From the NCBI GenBank assembly GCA_049942775.1, contig CP188087.1, positions 1 to 32,000 of the forward strand: a DNA stretch of 32,000 nt, given 5' to 3'. The notes below the pieces were generated by a model, which saw nothing but the letters and a program-made list of their open reading frames with translations, was not told the origin of the DNA and did not search any database. The position numbers and the translations under genes were made by a program. Source of the DNA: Candidatus Saccharimonadota bacterium (GTDB taxonomy: Bacteria; Pseudomonadota; Gammaproteobacteria; Enterobacterales; Enterobacteriaceae). Shown here piece by piece: positions 1 to 14,833 of this stretch (the stretch's first letter is position 1; each line of letters begins with the position of its first letter).

Positions 1-1896
1 ATGATATTAAATAAAAAATTTTTTGATGTAATTGTGGTTGGAGGAGGACACGCAGGTACAGAATCAGCTTTAGCTTCTTCTCGAATGGGAAGAAAAACTT
101 TATTATTAACTCAAAAAATAAACACAATTGGTTATTTATCTTGTAATCCATCAATTGGTGGAATTGGAAAAAGTCATTTAGTTAAAGAAATTGATGCTTT
201 GGGTGGATTGATGGCTAAAGCGATTGATCATTCTGGAATTCATTTTAAAATTTTAAATTCTACAAAAGGAGCAGCAGTAAGATCGACTAGAGGTCAAGCT
301 GATAGAAGTTTATATAAAAAAGTAGTTATAGAAGCAATCAAAAAACAAAAAAATTTATTTTTGCTGGAAGATGAAGTAAAAAGTTTGATCATAGATAAGT
401 CTTCTATTTCTGGAGTAATAACTATTAAAAGTGATAAATTTTTTTCTAAAACTGTTATATTAACTACAGGAACTTTTTTATCCGGTAAAATTTACATTGG
501 TAATAGCTGTTATTTTGGTGGTAGAATTAAAGATAAATCGTCAATTTTTTTATCAGATAATATTAAAGATCTATCCTTTCGTGTAGGAAGACTAAAAACT
601 GGAACTCCTCCTAGGATCGATGGAACAACTATTGATTTTTCTAAATTAAAAGTACAAAATGGAGACTTGCCTACACCTGTTTTTTCTTTTATGGGTAAAG
701 TTAGTGATCATCCTTTACAAGTTTCTTGTTTTATTACTGAAACTAATGAAGATACTCATGAAATTATAAGAAAAAATTTAATTAGCAATCCTGTTTATAA
801 AGGTTTAATAAAAGGCAGTGGACCAAGGTATTGTCCTTCTATTGAAGATAAGGTAGTTCGATTTCCAGATAGAAATAATCATCGTATTTTTTTGGAACCT
901 GAAGGTTTATTACAGAAAGAAATTTATCCTAATGGAATTTCTACAAGTTTTCCTATTAATATTCAGAAAAAAATTGTAAATTCAATTTATGGTTTAGAAC
1001 GAGCTAAAATCATTCATCCAGGTTATGCTGTAGAATATGATTATTTAGATCCTAGAGATCTGAAGTTAACATTAGAAAGTAAATTAATTAAAGGATTATT
1101 TTTAGCTGGTCAAATAAATGGAACTACTGGTTATGAAGAAGCAGCTGCACAAGGTTTATTAGCAGGTATTAATGCCGCTTTGTTTTCTTCAGATACTAGT
1201 AAATTTTGGTATCCTAAAAGGGATGAGGCATATATTGGAGTTTTAATTGATGATTTATGTAATCGAGGTACAACAGAACCGTATCGAATGTTTACTGCTC
1301 GTGCTGAAAATAGATTATTTTTAAGGGAAGATAATGCTGACATAAGATTAACTGAAATAGGAAAAAAATTAAATTTGATTTGTGATAATAGATGGGATTG
1401 TTTTAATAAAAAATTATCTAGTATTGAATTTCAAAGAAGAGAATTAAAAAAAATTATCATTGTACCAAATTCTAAAATGAGTGTGAAATTAAGAAATAAG
1501 ATGAATGTATTGATTAATACAAAAGTTAGTTTAGAAAAATTATTAAAACGACCTGAAATAAATTATCTAACATTAATAGAAAATGATATTTTTATAGATG
1601 AGTTGTCTAATTGCAGTAATGAAATTATGAGTTATATTGAAACTAAAATTAAATATGAAGGTTATATAAATCGACAAATTAAAGAAAATTTTCGACAAAG
1701 ATTAAATGACAGAACTAAATTACCTATTAGTATAGATTATAACGATATTAAAGGATTATCTAAAGAAGTTAGTTTAAAATTAAATGCTTATAAGCCAGTT
1801 ACAGTAGGTCAAGCTTCTCGTATTTCTGGAATTACTCCAGCAGCTATTTCTATATTATTGATTTATCTAAAAAAAATGTCTTTATTAAAAAAGTAA
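1..1896 (+). CDS. mnmG: tRNA uridine 5-carboxymethylaminomethyl modification enzyme MnmG (GidA)
   Basis: 631-aa ORF whose ATG is window base 1. It has the FAD-binding N-terminus [13 protein letters not shown]. Blocks [52 protein letters not shown] and the C-terminal [18 protein letters not shown] are collinear with E. coli MnmG as recalled. Confidence 0.97.
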   Translation: MILNKKFFDVIVVGGGHAGTESALASSRMGRKTLLLTQKINTIGYLSCNPSIGGIGKSHLVKEIDALGGLMAKAIDHSGIHFKILNSTKGAAVRSTRGQADRSLYKKVVIEAIKKQKNLFLLEDEVKSLIIDKSSISGVITIKSDKFFSKTVILTTGTFLSGKIYIGNSCYFGGRIKDKSSIFLSDNIKDLSFRVGRLKTGTPPRIDGTTIDFSKLKVQNGDLPTPVFSFMGKVSDHPLQVSCFITETNEDTHEIIRKNLISNPVYKGLIKGSGPRYCPSIEDKVVRFPDRNNHRIFLEPEGLLQKEIYPNGISTSFPINIQKKIVNSIYGLERAKIIHPGYAVEYDYLDPRDLKLTLESKLIKGLFLAGQINGTTGYEEAAAQGLLAGINAALFSSDTSKFWYPKRDEAYIGVLIDDLCNRGTTEPYRMFTARAENRLFLREDNADIRLTEIGKKLNLICDNRWDCFNKKLSSIEFQRRELKKIIIVPNSKMSVKLRNKMNVLINTKVSLEKLLKRPEINYLTLIENDIFIDELSNCSNEIMSYIETKIKYEGYINRQIKENFRQRLNDRTKLPISIDYNDIKGLSKEVSLKLNAYKPVTVGQASRISGITPAAISILLIYLKKMSLLKK

Positions 1897-2001
1897 TTTA
1901 TAATTGTTCATTTGTGTTTTTTATAAAACTTTTAAAGGTTATATCTTAAAAAGATTTAGTTTTATTTTCTTTGATTTATTTTTTAGGTATCTTGATCATA
2001 G

Positions 2002-2904
<903 letters not shown>

Positions 2905-2941
2905 CTTTTTTTTAAAAAAATAATTATTTAGAGAAAAATAA

Positions 2942-3181
<240 letters not shown>

Positions 3182-3254
3182 TGATTAATTAATTTGTAAA
3201 AAAATGTAATAAAAACGATAAATCAATTATTGATTATTAGGGGAAATAGTTAAT

Positions 3255-3725
3255 ATGAATTTTAATGCTACTATTATTGGTCAATCTATTTCTTTTATTT
3301 TTTTTGTTTTTATTTGTATGAATTACATATGGCCAAATTTAATAAATGTGATTGAAGCTAGACAAAAAGATATTGAAAATTCTTTTTTAGAAATTGAAAT
3401 AGCTAAACGAAATATTATTATGGAAAGAAAAAAATTAAGAGCAGATGTTAAAAAAGCTAAAAAAAAAGCTTCCGAAATTATTGATTTAGCTAATAAAAAT
3501 AAAAATTTAATTTTAGAAGAAGCTAAAAGAAGTGCTGATAAAAAAAGTAAAAGGATCATTGATTCTGCTAGAAATGTTATTGAAATTGAATCATTTAATG
3601 CTAATGAACAATTAAGAAAAAAATTAGGTATATTATCCATATCTATAGCTAGAAAAATTTTAAATCGTAGTATTAATAAAAAAGAACATTATGAATTAAT
3701 TAATAAAGCGATGTCTGATTTTTAA
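3255..3725 (+). CDS. atpF: F0F1 ATP synthase subunit b
   Basis: 156 aa with a single N-terminal TM helix followed by a long charged helical region. The start MNFNATIIGQSISFIFFVFICMNYIWPNL resembles E. coli [29 protein letters not shown]. Confidence 0.92.
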   Translation: MNFNATIIGQSISFIFFVFICMNYIWPNLINVIEARQKDIENSFLEIEIAKRNIIMERKKLRADVKKAKKKASEIIDLANKNKNLILEEAKRSADKKSKRIIDSARNVIEIESFNANEQLRKKLGILSISIARKILNRSINKKEHYELINKAMSDF

Positions 3726-3744
3726 TAAAGGAATATCATAAATA

Positions 3745-4302
3745 ATGTTACAAAATAGAATAACAATTGCTCGCAATTATTCGAAAGCTATTTTAAATAT
3801 AGCTATAAAAGATGGGTCAATAGAATATTGGGAATATGTATTAGATTTATTTTCTAAAGTTATTGAATTAGATATAGTAAAAAAAAAAATTTTTTTCTCA
3901 AAAAATTATGTTTTAGAAATTTTTTATTCTGTATTAAATAATAAAATTGATAGAAAAGTTAGAAATTTACTTTCTTTAATTATAGAAAAGAATCGTTTAC
4001 TTTTACTTCCAGAGATACTAAAACAATTTTCTATTCTTAAAAATTTGAAAGATAATATTATTGAGATTTTTTTAATTTCTGTTTATCAAATAGAATCATT
4101 AATTCTAGATAAAATTACTAAAAAATTAGTTAAAGATTATCCATTAAAAAAAGTTTTAATAAAACAAAAAATAGATAAATCTATTATCGGTGGTTTAATT
4201 ATATTGGTCGATGGTAAAAAAATTGATTTTTCAATTTCAGCTAAAATGAGACGAATAAATAATTTTTTGAATAGTAAAGAGAAAGTAACTAATGAGAGTT
4301 AA
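3745..4302 (+). CDS. atpH: F0F1 ATP synthase subunit delta
   Basis: 185 aa located between atpF and atpA. The start [11 protein letters not shown] resembles E. coli TVARPYAKAAF, and the C-terminal [22 protein letters not shown] resembles LIGGVIIRAGDMVIDGS. It overlaps the atpA start by 11 nt. Confidence 0.85.
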   Translation: MLQNRITIARNYSKAILNIAIKDGSIEYWEYVLDLFSKVIELDIVKKKIFFSKNYVLEIFYSVLNNKIDRKVRNLLSLIIEKNRLLLLPEILKQFSILKNLKDNIIEIFLISVYQIESLILDKITKKLVKDYPLKKVLIKQKIDKSIIGGLIILVDGKKIDFSISAKMRRINNFLNSKEKVTNES

Positions 4303-5869
4303 TGCAATTGAAATAAGTAACTTAATTCAAAAAAGAATAAATGAACTTGATATTACTAATTGTATTACGAGTTATGAAGGAACAATAATTTCGGTTATTG
4401 ACGGAATAATAGAAATTTATGGTTTACCTAATGCCATGTTGGGTGAGATGCTCGTATTACAAGGAAAAGATGTAATAGTTCAATATGCAATTGTATTGAA
4501 TTTAGAAAGAGATGTAGTTGGAGCTGTAGTTCTTGGTTCTTGTCAGAAAATTGTGGAAGGAATGATTGTTAAATGTACAGGAAAGGTATTTTCAGTTCCT
4601 GTTGGTAGAAATTTATTAGGAAGAGTTGTAAATACTTTAGGAGAACCTATAGATGGTAAAGGGATAATAAAAAATGATTCATTTTCGTCTATAGAAGTGG
4701 ATGCTCCAAGTGTAATTGATAGAAAATCTGTCAATGAACCAATTCAAACAGGTTATAAAGCTATTGATTCTATGATTCCAATAGGAAAAGGACAAAGAGA
4801 ATTAATTATAGGAGATAGACAAACAGGAAAAACAGCTATTGCTATAGATACAATAATTAATCAAAAAAAATCTGATGTAAAGTGTATATATGTAGCAATA
4901 GGACAAAAAATTTCTACAGTAGTTGATATCGTACAAAAATTGAAAGAGTATGATGCATTAAATCATACGATCATTTTAGTAGCTTCAGCTTCTGAATCTG
5001 CTGCTTTGCAATATTTGGCTCCATATTCAGGTTGTTGTATGGGAGAATATTTTAGAGATAGAGGCGAAGATGCGTTAATTATATATGACGATTTATCTAA
5101 ACATGCGGTAGCTTATCGACAAATCTCATTATTATTAAAACGACCTCCTGGAAGAGAAGCGTATCCAGGAGATATTTTTTATTTACATTCTAGATTATTA
5201 GAGCGATCAGCTCAAATTAGTTCTAGTTGTGTCGAAAGAATTACTAATGGTTCTATTAAAAATAGAACTGGTTCATTAACAGCTATACCTATAATTGAAA
5301 CACAAGCAGGTGACGTTTCTTCATTTGTACCTACAAATGTAATTTCAATTACTGATGGTCAAATATTTTTAGAAACTTCTTTATTTAATTCAGGAATTCG
5401 ACCTGCTATTAATCCTGGAATTTCAGTTTCTAGAATTGGAAGTTCAGCTCAAAGAGAAATAATAAAAGTTTTTTCAGGAAAGATTCGTACAGCTCTTGCC
5501 CAGTATAGAGAATTATCTTCATTTTCTCAGTTTTCTTCTGATTTAGATCCATCAACTAGAAAACAGTTAATTTATGGAGAAAAAATTATTGAATTACTAA
5601 AACAAAAACAATATTCTCCGATTTCTATTGCTGAACAAGGAATATTATTATTTATTTATGAAAATGGTTTTTTAGATTCCATAGAAGTAAAAAATATTGT
5701 TCTTTTCGAATATTTTTTCTTAAAATTTTTTAATCAGAACTATTCTAGTTTAATTAATTCTATTAATCTATCGGGAAGATATAATAAAGATACTGAAATT
5801 GCTTTTTTATCGGTAATTAACCGTTTTAAAAAAGAAGAGATTAATGGTTTTTTTTCAAATTGTACGTAA
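4292..5869 (+). CDS. atpA: F0F1 ATP synthase subunit alpha
   Basis: 525 aa with Walker [19 protein letters not shown]. The blocks [40 protein letters not shown] and [15 protein letters not shown] are near-identical to E. coli AtpA. Confidence 0.98.
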   Translation: MRVNAIEISNLIQKRINELDITNCITSYEGTIISVIDGIIEIYGLPNAMLGEMLVLQGKDVIVQYAIVLNLERDVVGAVVLGSCQKIVEGMIVKCTGKVFSVPVGRNLLGRVVNTLGEPIDGKGIIKNDSFSSIEVDAPSVIDRKSVNEPIQTGYKAIDSMIPIGKGQRELIIGDRQTGKTAIAIDTIINQKKSDVKCIYVAIGQKISTVVDIVQKLKEYDALNHTIILVASASESAALQYLAPYSGCCMGEYFRDRGEDALIIYDDLSKHAVAYRQISLLLKRPPGREAYPGDIFYLHSRLLERSAQISSSCVERITNGSIKNRTGSLTAIPIIETQAGDVSSFVPTNVISITDGQIFLETSLFNSGIRPAINPGISVSRIGSSAQREIIKVFSGKIRTALAQYRELSSFSQFSSDLDPSTRKQLIYGEKIIELLKQKQYSPISIAEQGILLFIYENGFLDSIEVKNIVLFEYFFLKFFNQNYSSLINSINLSGRYNKDTEIAFLSVINRFKKEEINGFFSNCT

Positions 5870-5892
5870 AAAATATAATTTTAGGATTGTCA

Positions 5893-6759
5893 ATGTCTTC
5901 ATCGAAAGAAATTAGAGATAAAATTAATGTTGTTTTAAATACTCAAAAAATTACTCAAGCAATGGAAATGGTTGCTGTCTCTAAAATGAGAAAAATGAAA
6001 ATTAAGATGACAGATAGTTTTCATTATTTAAATCATATAAAGAAACTTGTCAAAAATATTATCTTAGAAAATAATTTAGGTTTTAAACATTTATATTTAG
6101 AAGAGAGAAAAATAAAAAAAGTAGGAATAATAATTGTTTCTACAAATCGAGGTTTATGTGGTAGTTTAAACAATAATCTTTTTAAAAAAATATTATTTGA
6201 AATAAAACGATTGTTAAAGAACAATATTGATTATGAATTAATTATTTTTGGTTTGAAGGGATTAAATTTTTTTTCTGATTATCATGATAAAATTGTCTCT
6301 TATTCAGATAGTATTAGTGAACGTTTTGATTTTATTAACATTAAAAGTTCTATTAAAAAAATTTTAAATTCTTTTAATTCTAAATTAATTGATGAAATTT
6401 ATATTTCTTACAATCACTTTGAAAATTCAATGATATATGATCCAAAATTTGTTAAATTATTACCAATTGTGTTAAAAGATAACAATAGAAAAAAAAAAAT
6501 TTGGAGTTATCTATATGAACCAAACTTTTATTTTTTATTAGATGTTATTTTAAATAAATTTATTGAATCTAAAATATATAAAAATATATTAGAGAATATT
6601 TCTAGTGAGTTATCAGCTCGTATGATAGCCATGAGAACAGCTACTGATAATAGCAAGAAATCAATTCATGAATATAGATTAATTTATAACAAATTGCGTC
6701 AATCTAGTATTACTCAAGAACTAACTGAAATTATTTCAGGGTCTTCTGCAATTTTATAA
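5893..6759 (+). CDS. atpG: F0F1 ATP synthase subunit gamma
   Basis: MSSSKEIRDKINVVLNTQKITQAMEMVAVSKMRK aligns to the E. coli AtpG N-terminus, and the C-terminus is QSSITQELTEIISGSSA. I set the start at ATG 5893; the track start 5860 overlaps atpA and adds residues with no homology. Confidence 0.93.
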   Translation: MSSSKEIRDKINVVLNTQKITQAMEMVAVSKMRKMKIKMTDSFHYLNHIKKLVKNIILENNLGFKHLYLEERKIKKVGIIIVSTNRGLCGSLNNNLFKKILFEIKRLLKNNIDYELIIFGLKGLNFFSDYHDKIVSYSDSISERFDFINIKSSIKKILNSFNSKLIDEIYISYNHFENSMIYDPKFVKLLPIVLKDNNRKKKIWSYLYEPNFYFLLDVILNKFIESKIYKNILENISSELSARMIAMRTATDNSKKSIHEYRLIYNKLRQSSITQELTEIISGSSAIL

Positions 6760-6777
6760 AATTTAGAATAGAAGTAA

Positions 6778-8181
<1,404 letters not shown>

Positions 8182-8224
8182 ATAGAATTCTTATTTTTAA
8201 TTGGTTAGAATTAAGGTATTATTT

Positions 8225-8638
8225 ATGCGTTTTTATTGTAGTTTAATTAGTATGGAGAAAGTTTTTTTTTCTGGTTTTATATTAAAAATTAATGTAACAG
8301 GGATATTAGGACAGTTAGGAATTTATCCAGGTCATTCACATTTACTTACTTGCTTAAAACCAGGGTTGTTATTAATAGAAAAAGAATCAAAAAATAAAGA
8401 ATTCATCTATTTATCTTCAGGAATTCTAGAAGTAAAACCTGAAAAAGTTACGATCTTTTCAGATACAATTATATTTAAAAAAGATTTAAATAAAAAATTA
8501 ATTTTAAAAGAAAAAAAAAATTTGGAAAGAAAAATTAAAAATAAGGATTTTAGTCAAAATAATAAAAATCATATTTTAAATAAATTACAAGAGTCCTTAG
8601 AGAAATTAAAAATCATTAATATGATTAATTGTAAATAA
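8225..8638 (+). CDS. atpC: F0F1 ATP synthase subunit epsilon
   Basis: VFFSGFILKINVTGILGQLGIYPGHSHLLTCLKPG aligns with E. coli [34 protein letters not shown]. I set the start at ATG 8225; the track start 8201 is an upstream extension. Confidence 0.9.
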   Translation: MRFYCSLISMEKVFFSGFILKINVTGILGQLGIYPGHSHLLTCLKPGLLLIEKESKNKEFIYLSSGILEVKPEKVTIFSDTIIFKKDLNKKLILKEKKNLERKIKNKDFSQNNKNHILNKLQESLEKLKIINMINCK

Positions 8639-8665
8639 AATATAAACTTTTTTATTTTATTTGAT

Positions 8666-8698
8666 CGGCAGGTCTAGATTGTTCCTGCCGTATTTTTT
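8666..8698 (+). terminator. Rho-independent terminator candidate downstream of the atp operon
   Basis: G+C-rich 7-bp stem cggcagg (8666-8672) / cctgccg (8684-8690) with an 11-nt loop, followed by tatttttt. It stands out in an otherwise A+T-only spacer between convergent atpC and gyrB. The T-run is on the + strand only. Confidence 0.6.
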
Positions 8699-8748
8699 AT
8701 TAAAAAGTTTAAAATATATATTTTTTTATTCGATTTCTTTATTTTTTT

Positions 8749-11178
<2,430 letters not shown>

Positions 11179-11308
11179 TTAATCAATGAATTTATAATTA
11201 TTTTACGAAAAAATATTTTTTATAGACACATATATTTTTTTTAATTTAATTAAAGAAAAGATTTTTGATTTTTTTAATCAAAACATTTTTTATTTAAAAA
11301 GTATTTTT

Positions 11309-12426
11309 TTATATTCGAAGAGACATTATTAAATATTTAGAAGAGCTATCTTTACAATCTTTAATTTGAATATTAGATAAATCTTGATTAATTATTAGTC
11401 GGATTGCAGTTCCTTCTATTACCTTTAGCACATCTAAAATATAGTTTACATTTATAGAAATATTAGTTTTCTTTAAATTGTTTGGATTAATTATTTCTAT
11501 TGTTTCTTCTGCGAATTCATCTTTTTGATTTTGACTTGTGATTTTTATGTATTTATCATCAATAAATAAAGAAATTCCATTAAGTTGTTCATTACATAAA
11601 ATTGAAATTCTATGTAATGCATCTTGAAATTCTGTTTTATTTATTATTATTTTCTTTCTGTTTTCTTCTTTTACAAATAAATTTTTGCAACTTGGAAATT
11701 CTCCATCTACTAATTTGCTAGTAAAAGTTAAATCATTAGTTTTAATGCAAATGTTTTTTTTTTCAAAAATAGATATTTTTACCAAAGAAGATTTATCTTG
11801 CAAAATTTTAAACAATTCGTTAATCGTTAATCTAGGAATAATTATTGATTCTTTTAAATTTTCTGTGTTAATATTTTTTTTATAAGTCGAAACTCTATAT
11901 CCATCTGTTGATGTACTTTTGATATAATTTTTTTTTATTTCAAATAATGTACCATTTAAATAGTGACGAACATCTGAGTGTGCCATACAAAAATTTGTAT
12001 GTTTTATGCTTTTTTTTAAAATTTTTTCTGAAATAAAAAAATCAATTTTTTTTTTTTTAATTCATTAGGAAATATTGGAAAACTTTTATGAGGTAATGTA
12101 ATTAAAGAAAAAAAAATTTTTTTTGAAGTAATAATAACTTTGTTTTCTTTTTGAAAAATTATTAAGTTTTCTTGTTTTGGAAAAGAGCGACATATATCTA
12201 GAAATTTTTTACCAGGAATAGTTGTTTTTCCTTCTTGGAAAGGTAATTTTAAATATGTTTTAGTAGTTATTTCAATTTCTAAGTTAGTAGATGTAAGAAA
12301 TAAATAGTTTTTTTTAACAATAACTAAAATATTACCTAATATAGGTAGATCTGTTCTTGTTCCTAATAAAACATTAGTTTTTTTAAGTGATTGTATTATT
12401 TCTTCTTTTTTTATAGTAAATTTCAT
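11309..12426 (-). pseudogene. dnaN: DNA polymerase III beta sliding clamp, reading frame broken inside an A13 run (frameshifted, or a homopolymer sequencing error)
   Basis: Two ORFs (12426..12016 and 11986..11309) together span a full clamp. The N-terminal part MKFTIKKEE...DLPILGNIL...IPGKKFLDICRSFP and the C-terminal part MAHSDVRHYLNG...FTSKLVDGEFP...YLIMSLRI both match E. coli DnaN. The frames swap within T13 on the + strand (12046-12058). The total span is 1118 nt, one nucleotide short of a 373-codon frame. The dnaN ATG overlaps the dnaA TGA (ATGA at 12423-12426). Confidence 0.85.
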
Positions 12427-13799
12427 AGTGATAACATTTTTATTAAATTTAATAGATCTTGTTTCATATTTTTTTTTTCTCTTTGAAGTTTATTTATTTT
12501 CCGATAAGCATGTAAAACAGTTGTATGATCTCGATTTCCAAATGCTTTACCAATTTCAGGAAAACTATGATTAGTTAATTTTTTTGTCATAGTCATTGCT
12601 ATCTGTCGTGGTTGAACTACTGATTTAGATCGTTTTTTAGACAATAAGTCAGAAACTTTAATTTCATAGTATTTTGCTACTGTTTTTTGTATTTTTTCCA
12701 TTGTGATTATTTTTTCTTGTATTGAAAATAGATCTTTTAATGTTTCTCGAACAAAATCTATAGTGATAGATTGATTTATAAATCTTGATTGAGCTATAAT
12801 TTTATTTAATGCTCCTTCTAAATCACGAATATTTGATTTTAATTTTTTTGCTATATATAAAGCTATTTCAATAGGTAATAGAATATTTTTTTCTTTTGCT
12901 TTATTTAACAGAATAGAAATTCTGGTATCTAATTCAGGAGGATCGATTGAAATGGTTAATCCTAATCCAAATCTTGATTTTAATCTCTCTTCTACTCCAT
13001 TTATTTCTTTGGGATATCTATCAGATGTCAATATAATTTGTTGGTTTTTTTCTAGCAATGTATTTAAAGTATGAAAAAATTCTTCTTGAGAATGTTCTTT
13101 ATTTGCAAAGAATTGTATATCGTCGATAAGTAAGACATTGACTGATCGATAAAATTTTTTAAATTTTTCAATTGAATGTTCTTGAATTGATTTTACCATA
13201 TTTTGAACAAATTGTTCTGAATGCATGTATATTACTTTATTCGTTTTTTTTTTATATACAATGGTATTTCCTATTGCGTGTAGTAAATGAGTTTTTCCTA
13301 AACCCGTTTTTCCATATAAAAATAAAGGATTATAAAGATTTCCTATTTTATTAGCTATTTGATATGCAGTGGATTTCGCTAATTGATTAGATTTTCCTGC
13401 TATAAAATTTTCAAATTTGTATTTTTTATTTAAAGAAGAACTATTAGATTCCAATTTTGTTAATGATACACTATTTATATTAAAATTTATAGATTCTGCA
13501 ATGTTTGTTTTTTTATATTTTTTTTTTTTTTCTTTACATTTTTTATTTATTTTAATTTGTAATATTGGTGTATTTTTTCCGAATGTATCTAATATAGATT
13601 GATTTAGGTTAGCAATATATTTTTCTTTAATCCAATCAAAAACAAATTGATTTGGAGCATATAGTATTAATGTATTGTTAGTAATCAATTTCGGTTTTAA
13701 AGGAAGTATCCACATACTAAATTCTGTAGGTGTTAGTTTTTTTTGTAAATTAAAAAGACATCGTTGCCAAAGCAAAAACGACACGGTAGAAGACTCCAT
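12423..13799 (-). CDS. dnaA: Chromosomal replication initiator protein DnaA
   Basis: 458 aa. N-terminal LWQRCLFNLQKKLTPTEFSMWILPL resembles E. coli [25 protein letters not shown]. It has AAA+ Walker A GKTGLGKTHLLHAIGN, Walker B LLIDDIQF, and the domain IV signature FGNRDHTTVLHA. Confidence 0.98.
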   Translation of the reverse strand: MESSTVSFLLWQRCLFNLQKKLTPTEFSMWILPLKPKLITNNTLILYAPNQFVFDWIKEKYIANLNQSILDTFGKNTPILQIKINKKCKEKKKKYKKTNIAESINFNINSVSLTKLESNSSSLNKKYKFENFIAGKSNQLAKSTAYQIANKIGNLYNPLFLYGKTGLGKTHLLHAIGNTIVYKKKTNKVIYMHSEQFVQNMVKSIQEHSIEKFKKFYRSVNVLLIDDIQFFANKEHSQEEFFHTLNTLLEKNQQIILTSDRYPKEINGVEERLKSRFGLGLTISIDPPELDTRISILLNKAKEKNILLPIEIALYIAKKLKSNIRDLEGALNKIIAQSRFINQSITIDFVRETLKDLFSIQEKIITMEKIQKTVAKYYEIKVSDLLSKKRSKSVVQPRQIAMTMTKKLTNHSFPEIGKAFGNRDHTTVLHAYRKINKLQREKKNMKQDLLNLIKMLSL

Positions 13800-14077
13800 A
13801 CGAACAAAGTTGATATTTAGAAATAATAAAATTTATTCAAGTAATAATTTGTTTTTCTTAAATTAGTAATACGTTGATCATAAATAAAAAAAATTTTGAT
13901 ATTTTAAAGTTTTATTAAAATCATTTTAAAACTTTTTTTTATTTAATATTTGTTTATAAATTATATAAATTTTTTTTTAAAGATTTTTTTCGATTTTATT
14001 GACTCAATGTAATAGAATTATTATTCTAAATATAAAATAGATTATATACGGATTTTATTGAGGATTAATAATAATAA

Positions 14078-14233
14078 ATGAAAAGAACTTTTCAACCTTC
14101 TAAAATAAAAAAAAAACGTTCTCATGGATTTAGATCAAGAATGTCTACAAAAAATGGTCGTCATATTTTATCTCGTCGTAGGTTAAAATCCCGTGTTTAT
14201 TTAACTGTTTCTTGTCATAAAGTAGGGAAATAG
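14078..14233 (+). CDS. rpmH: 50S ribosomal protein L34
   Basis: Not in the ORF track because it is short. ATG 14078 to TAG 14231-14233 translates to [51 protein letters not shown]. This matches E. coli L34 ([35 protein letters not shown]...). Confidence 0.94.
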   Translation: MKRTFQPSKIKKKRSHGFRSRMSTKNGRHILSRRRLKSRVYLTVSCHKVGK

Positions 14234-14590
14234 TTGTATAGATGTCGCTTTAGGAAACAAATGAGGTTAGTAAATCGCAAAGATTTTAATTATGTTTTTT
14301 TAAATCCAAAAAGAATTGTTTTCAAAGAATTAGTCCTTTTATCTAGAAGAAATGATGCTTTTCAACATTCAAGAATTGGAATAATTATATCTAAAAAGAA
14401 TATTAAAAAGTCTAATGAAAGAAATAGAATAAAAAGATTAGTTAGAGAAACATTTCGTATATCTAAAAATATATTATTAATTCCAATGGATTATGTTCTT
14501 ATAATAAAGAAATCATCTATGGATTTAGATAACAGCAAATTAATGAATTTATTAAAAAAATTATGGAAAACAAATTATCTAATAAAATAA
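14234..14590 (+). CDS. rnpA: RNase P protein component
   Basis: Contains the RNR motif NERNRIKRLVRETFR, and FRKQMRLVNRKDFNYVF resembles E. coli FPRELRLLTPSQFTFVF. The track start is a TTG immediately after the rpmH stop. An in-frame ATG at 14261 is the alternative start. Confidence 0.88.
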   Translation: MYRCRFRKQMRLVNRKDFNYVFLNPKRIVFKELVLLSRRNDAFQHSRIGIIISKKNIKKSNERNRIKRLVRETFRISKNILLIPMDYVLIIKKSSMDLDNSKLMNLLKKLWKTNYLIK

Positions 14591-14772
14591 TTAAATTTTT
14601 TGTTCATTTAATAATTTTTTATCAAAAATTTGTCAGTTTTTTTATGGTAAAAAGATGTCGTTTTTATCCTTCATGTTCAGAATATGCAAAATTAGTTTTG
14701 ATTAAAAATGGTTTTTTAAAAGGTTTTTTTTTAATTATTAAAAGACTAATTAAATGTCATCCTTATTTGTAA
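14563..14772 (+). CDS. yidD: Membrane protein insertion efficiency factor YidD
   Basis: 69 aa with the YidD signature RCRFYPSCSEYA and IKRLIKCHP. It overlaps the rnpA 3' end by 28 nt and precedes yidC, as in E. coli. Confidence 0.85.
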   Translation: MENKLSNKIIKFFVHLIIFYQKFVSFFMVKRCRFYPSCSEYAKLVLIKNGFLKGFFLIIKRLIKCHPYL

Positions 14773-14833
14773 TTTAATTTTGTTTGTTAAATTATACGAT
14801 GAATTAATTGCATTAAATAATGAGACTAGAACA

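Noticed and set aside
11263-11283. 8-bp hairpin ttttgatt/aatcaaaa with a 5-nt loop, downstream of dnaN.
   Set aside because: The stem is almost entirely A:T with a single G:C pair, and no clear U-tract follows on the dnaN strand. Such structures are abundant by chance at this composition, so it is too weak to call a terminator.
13706-13714. GTATCCACA, an 8/9 match to the DnaA box TTATCCACA, inside the dnaA 5' coding region.
   Set aside because: It is a single isolated site encoding the conserved MWI residues. A rough composition-based estimate gives a few 8/9 matches by chance in 64 kb of both strands. There is no cluster.
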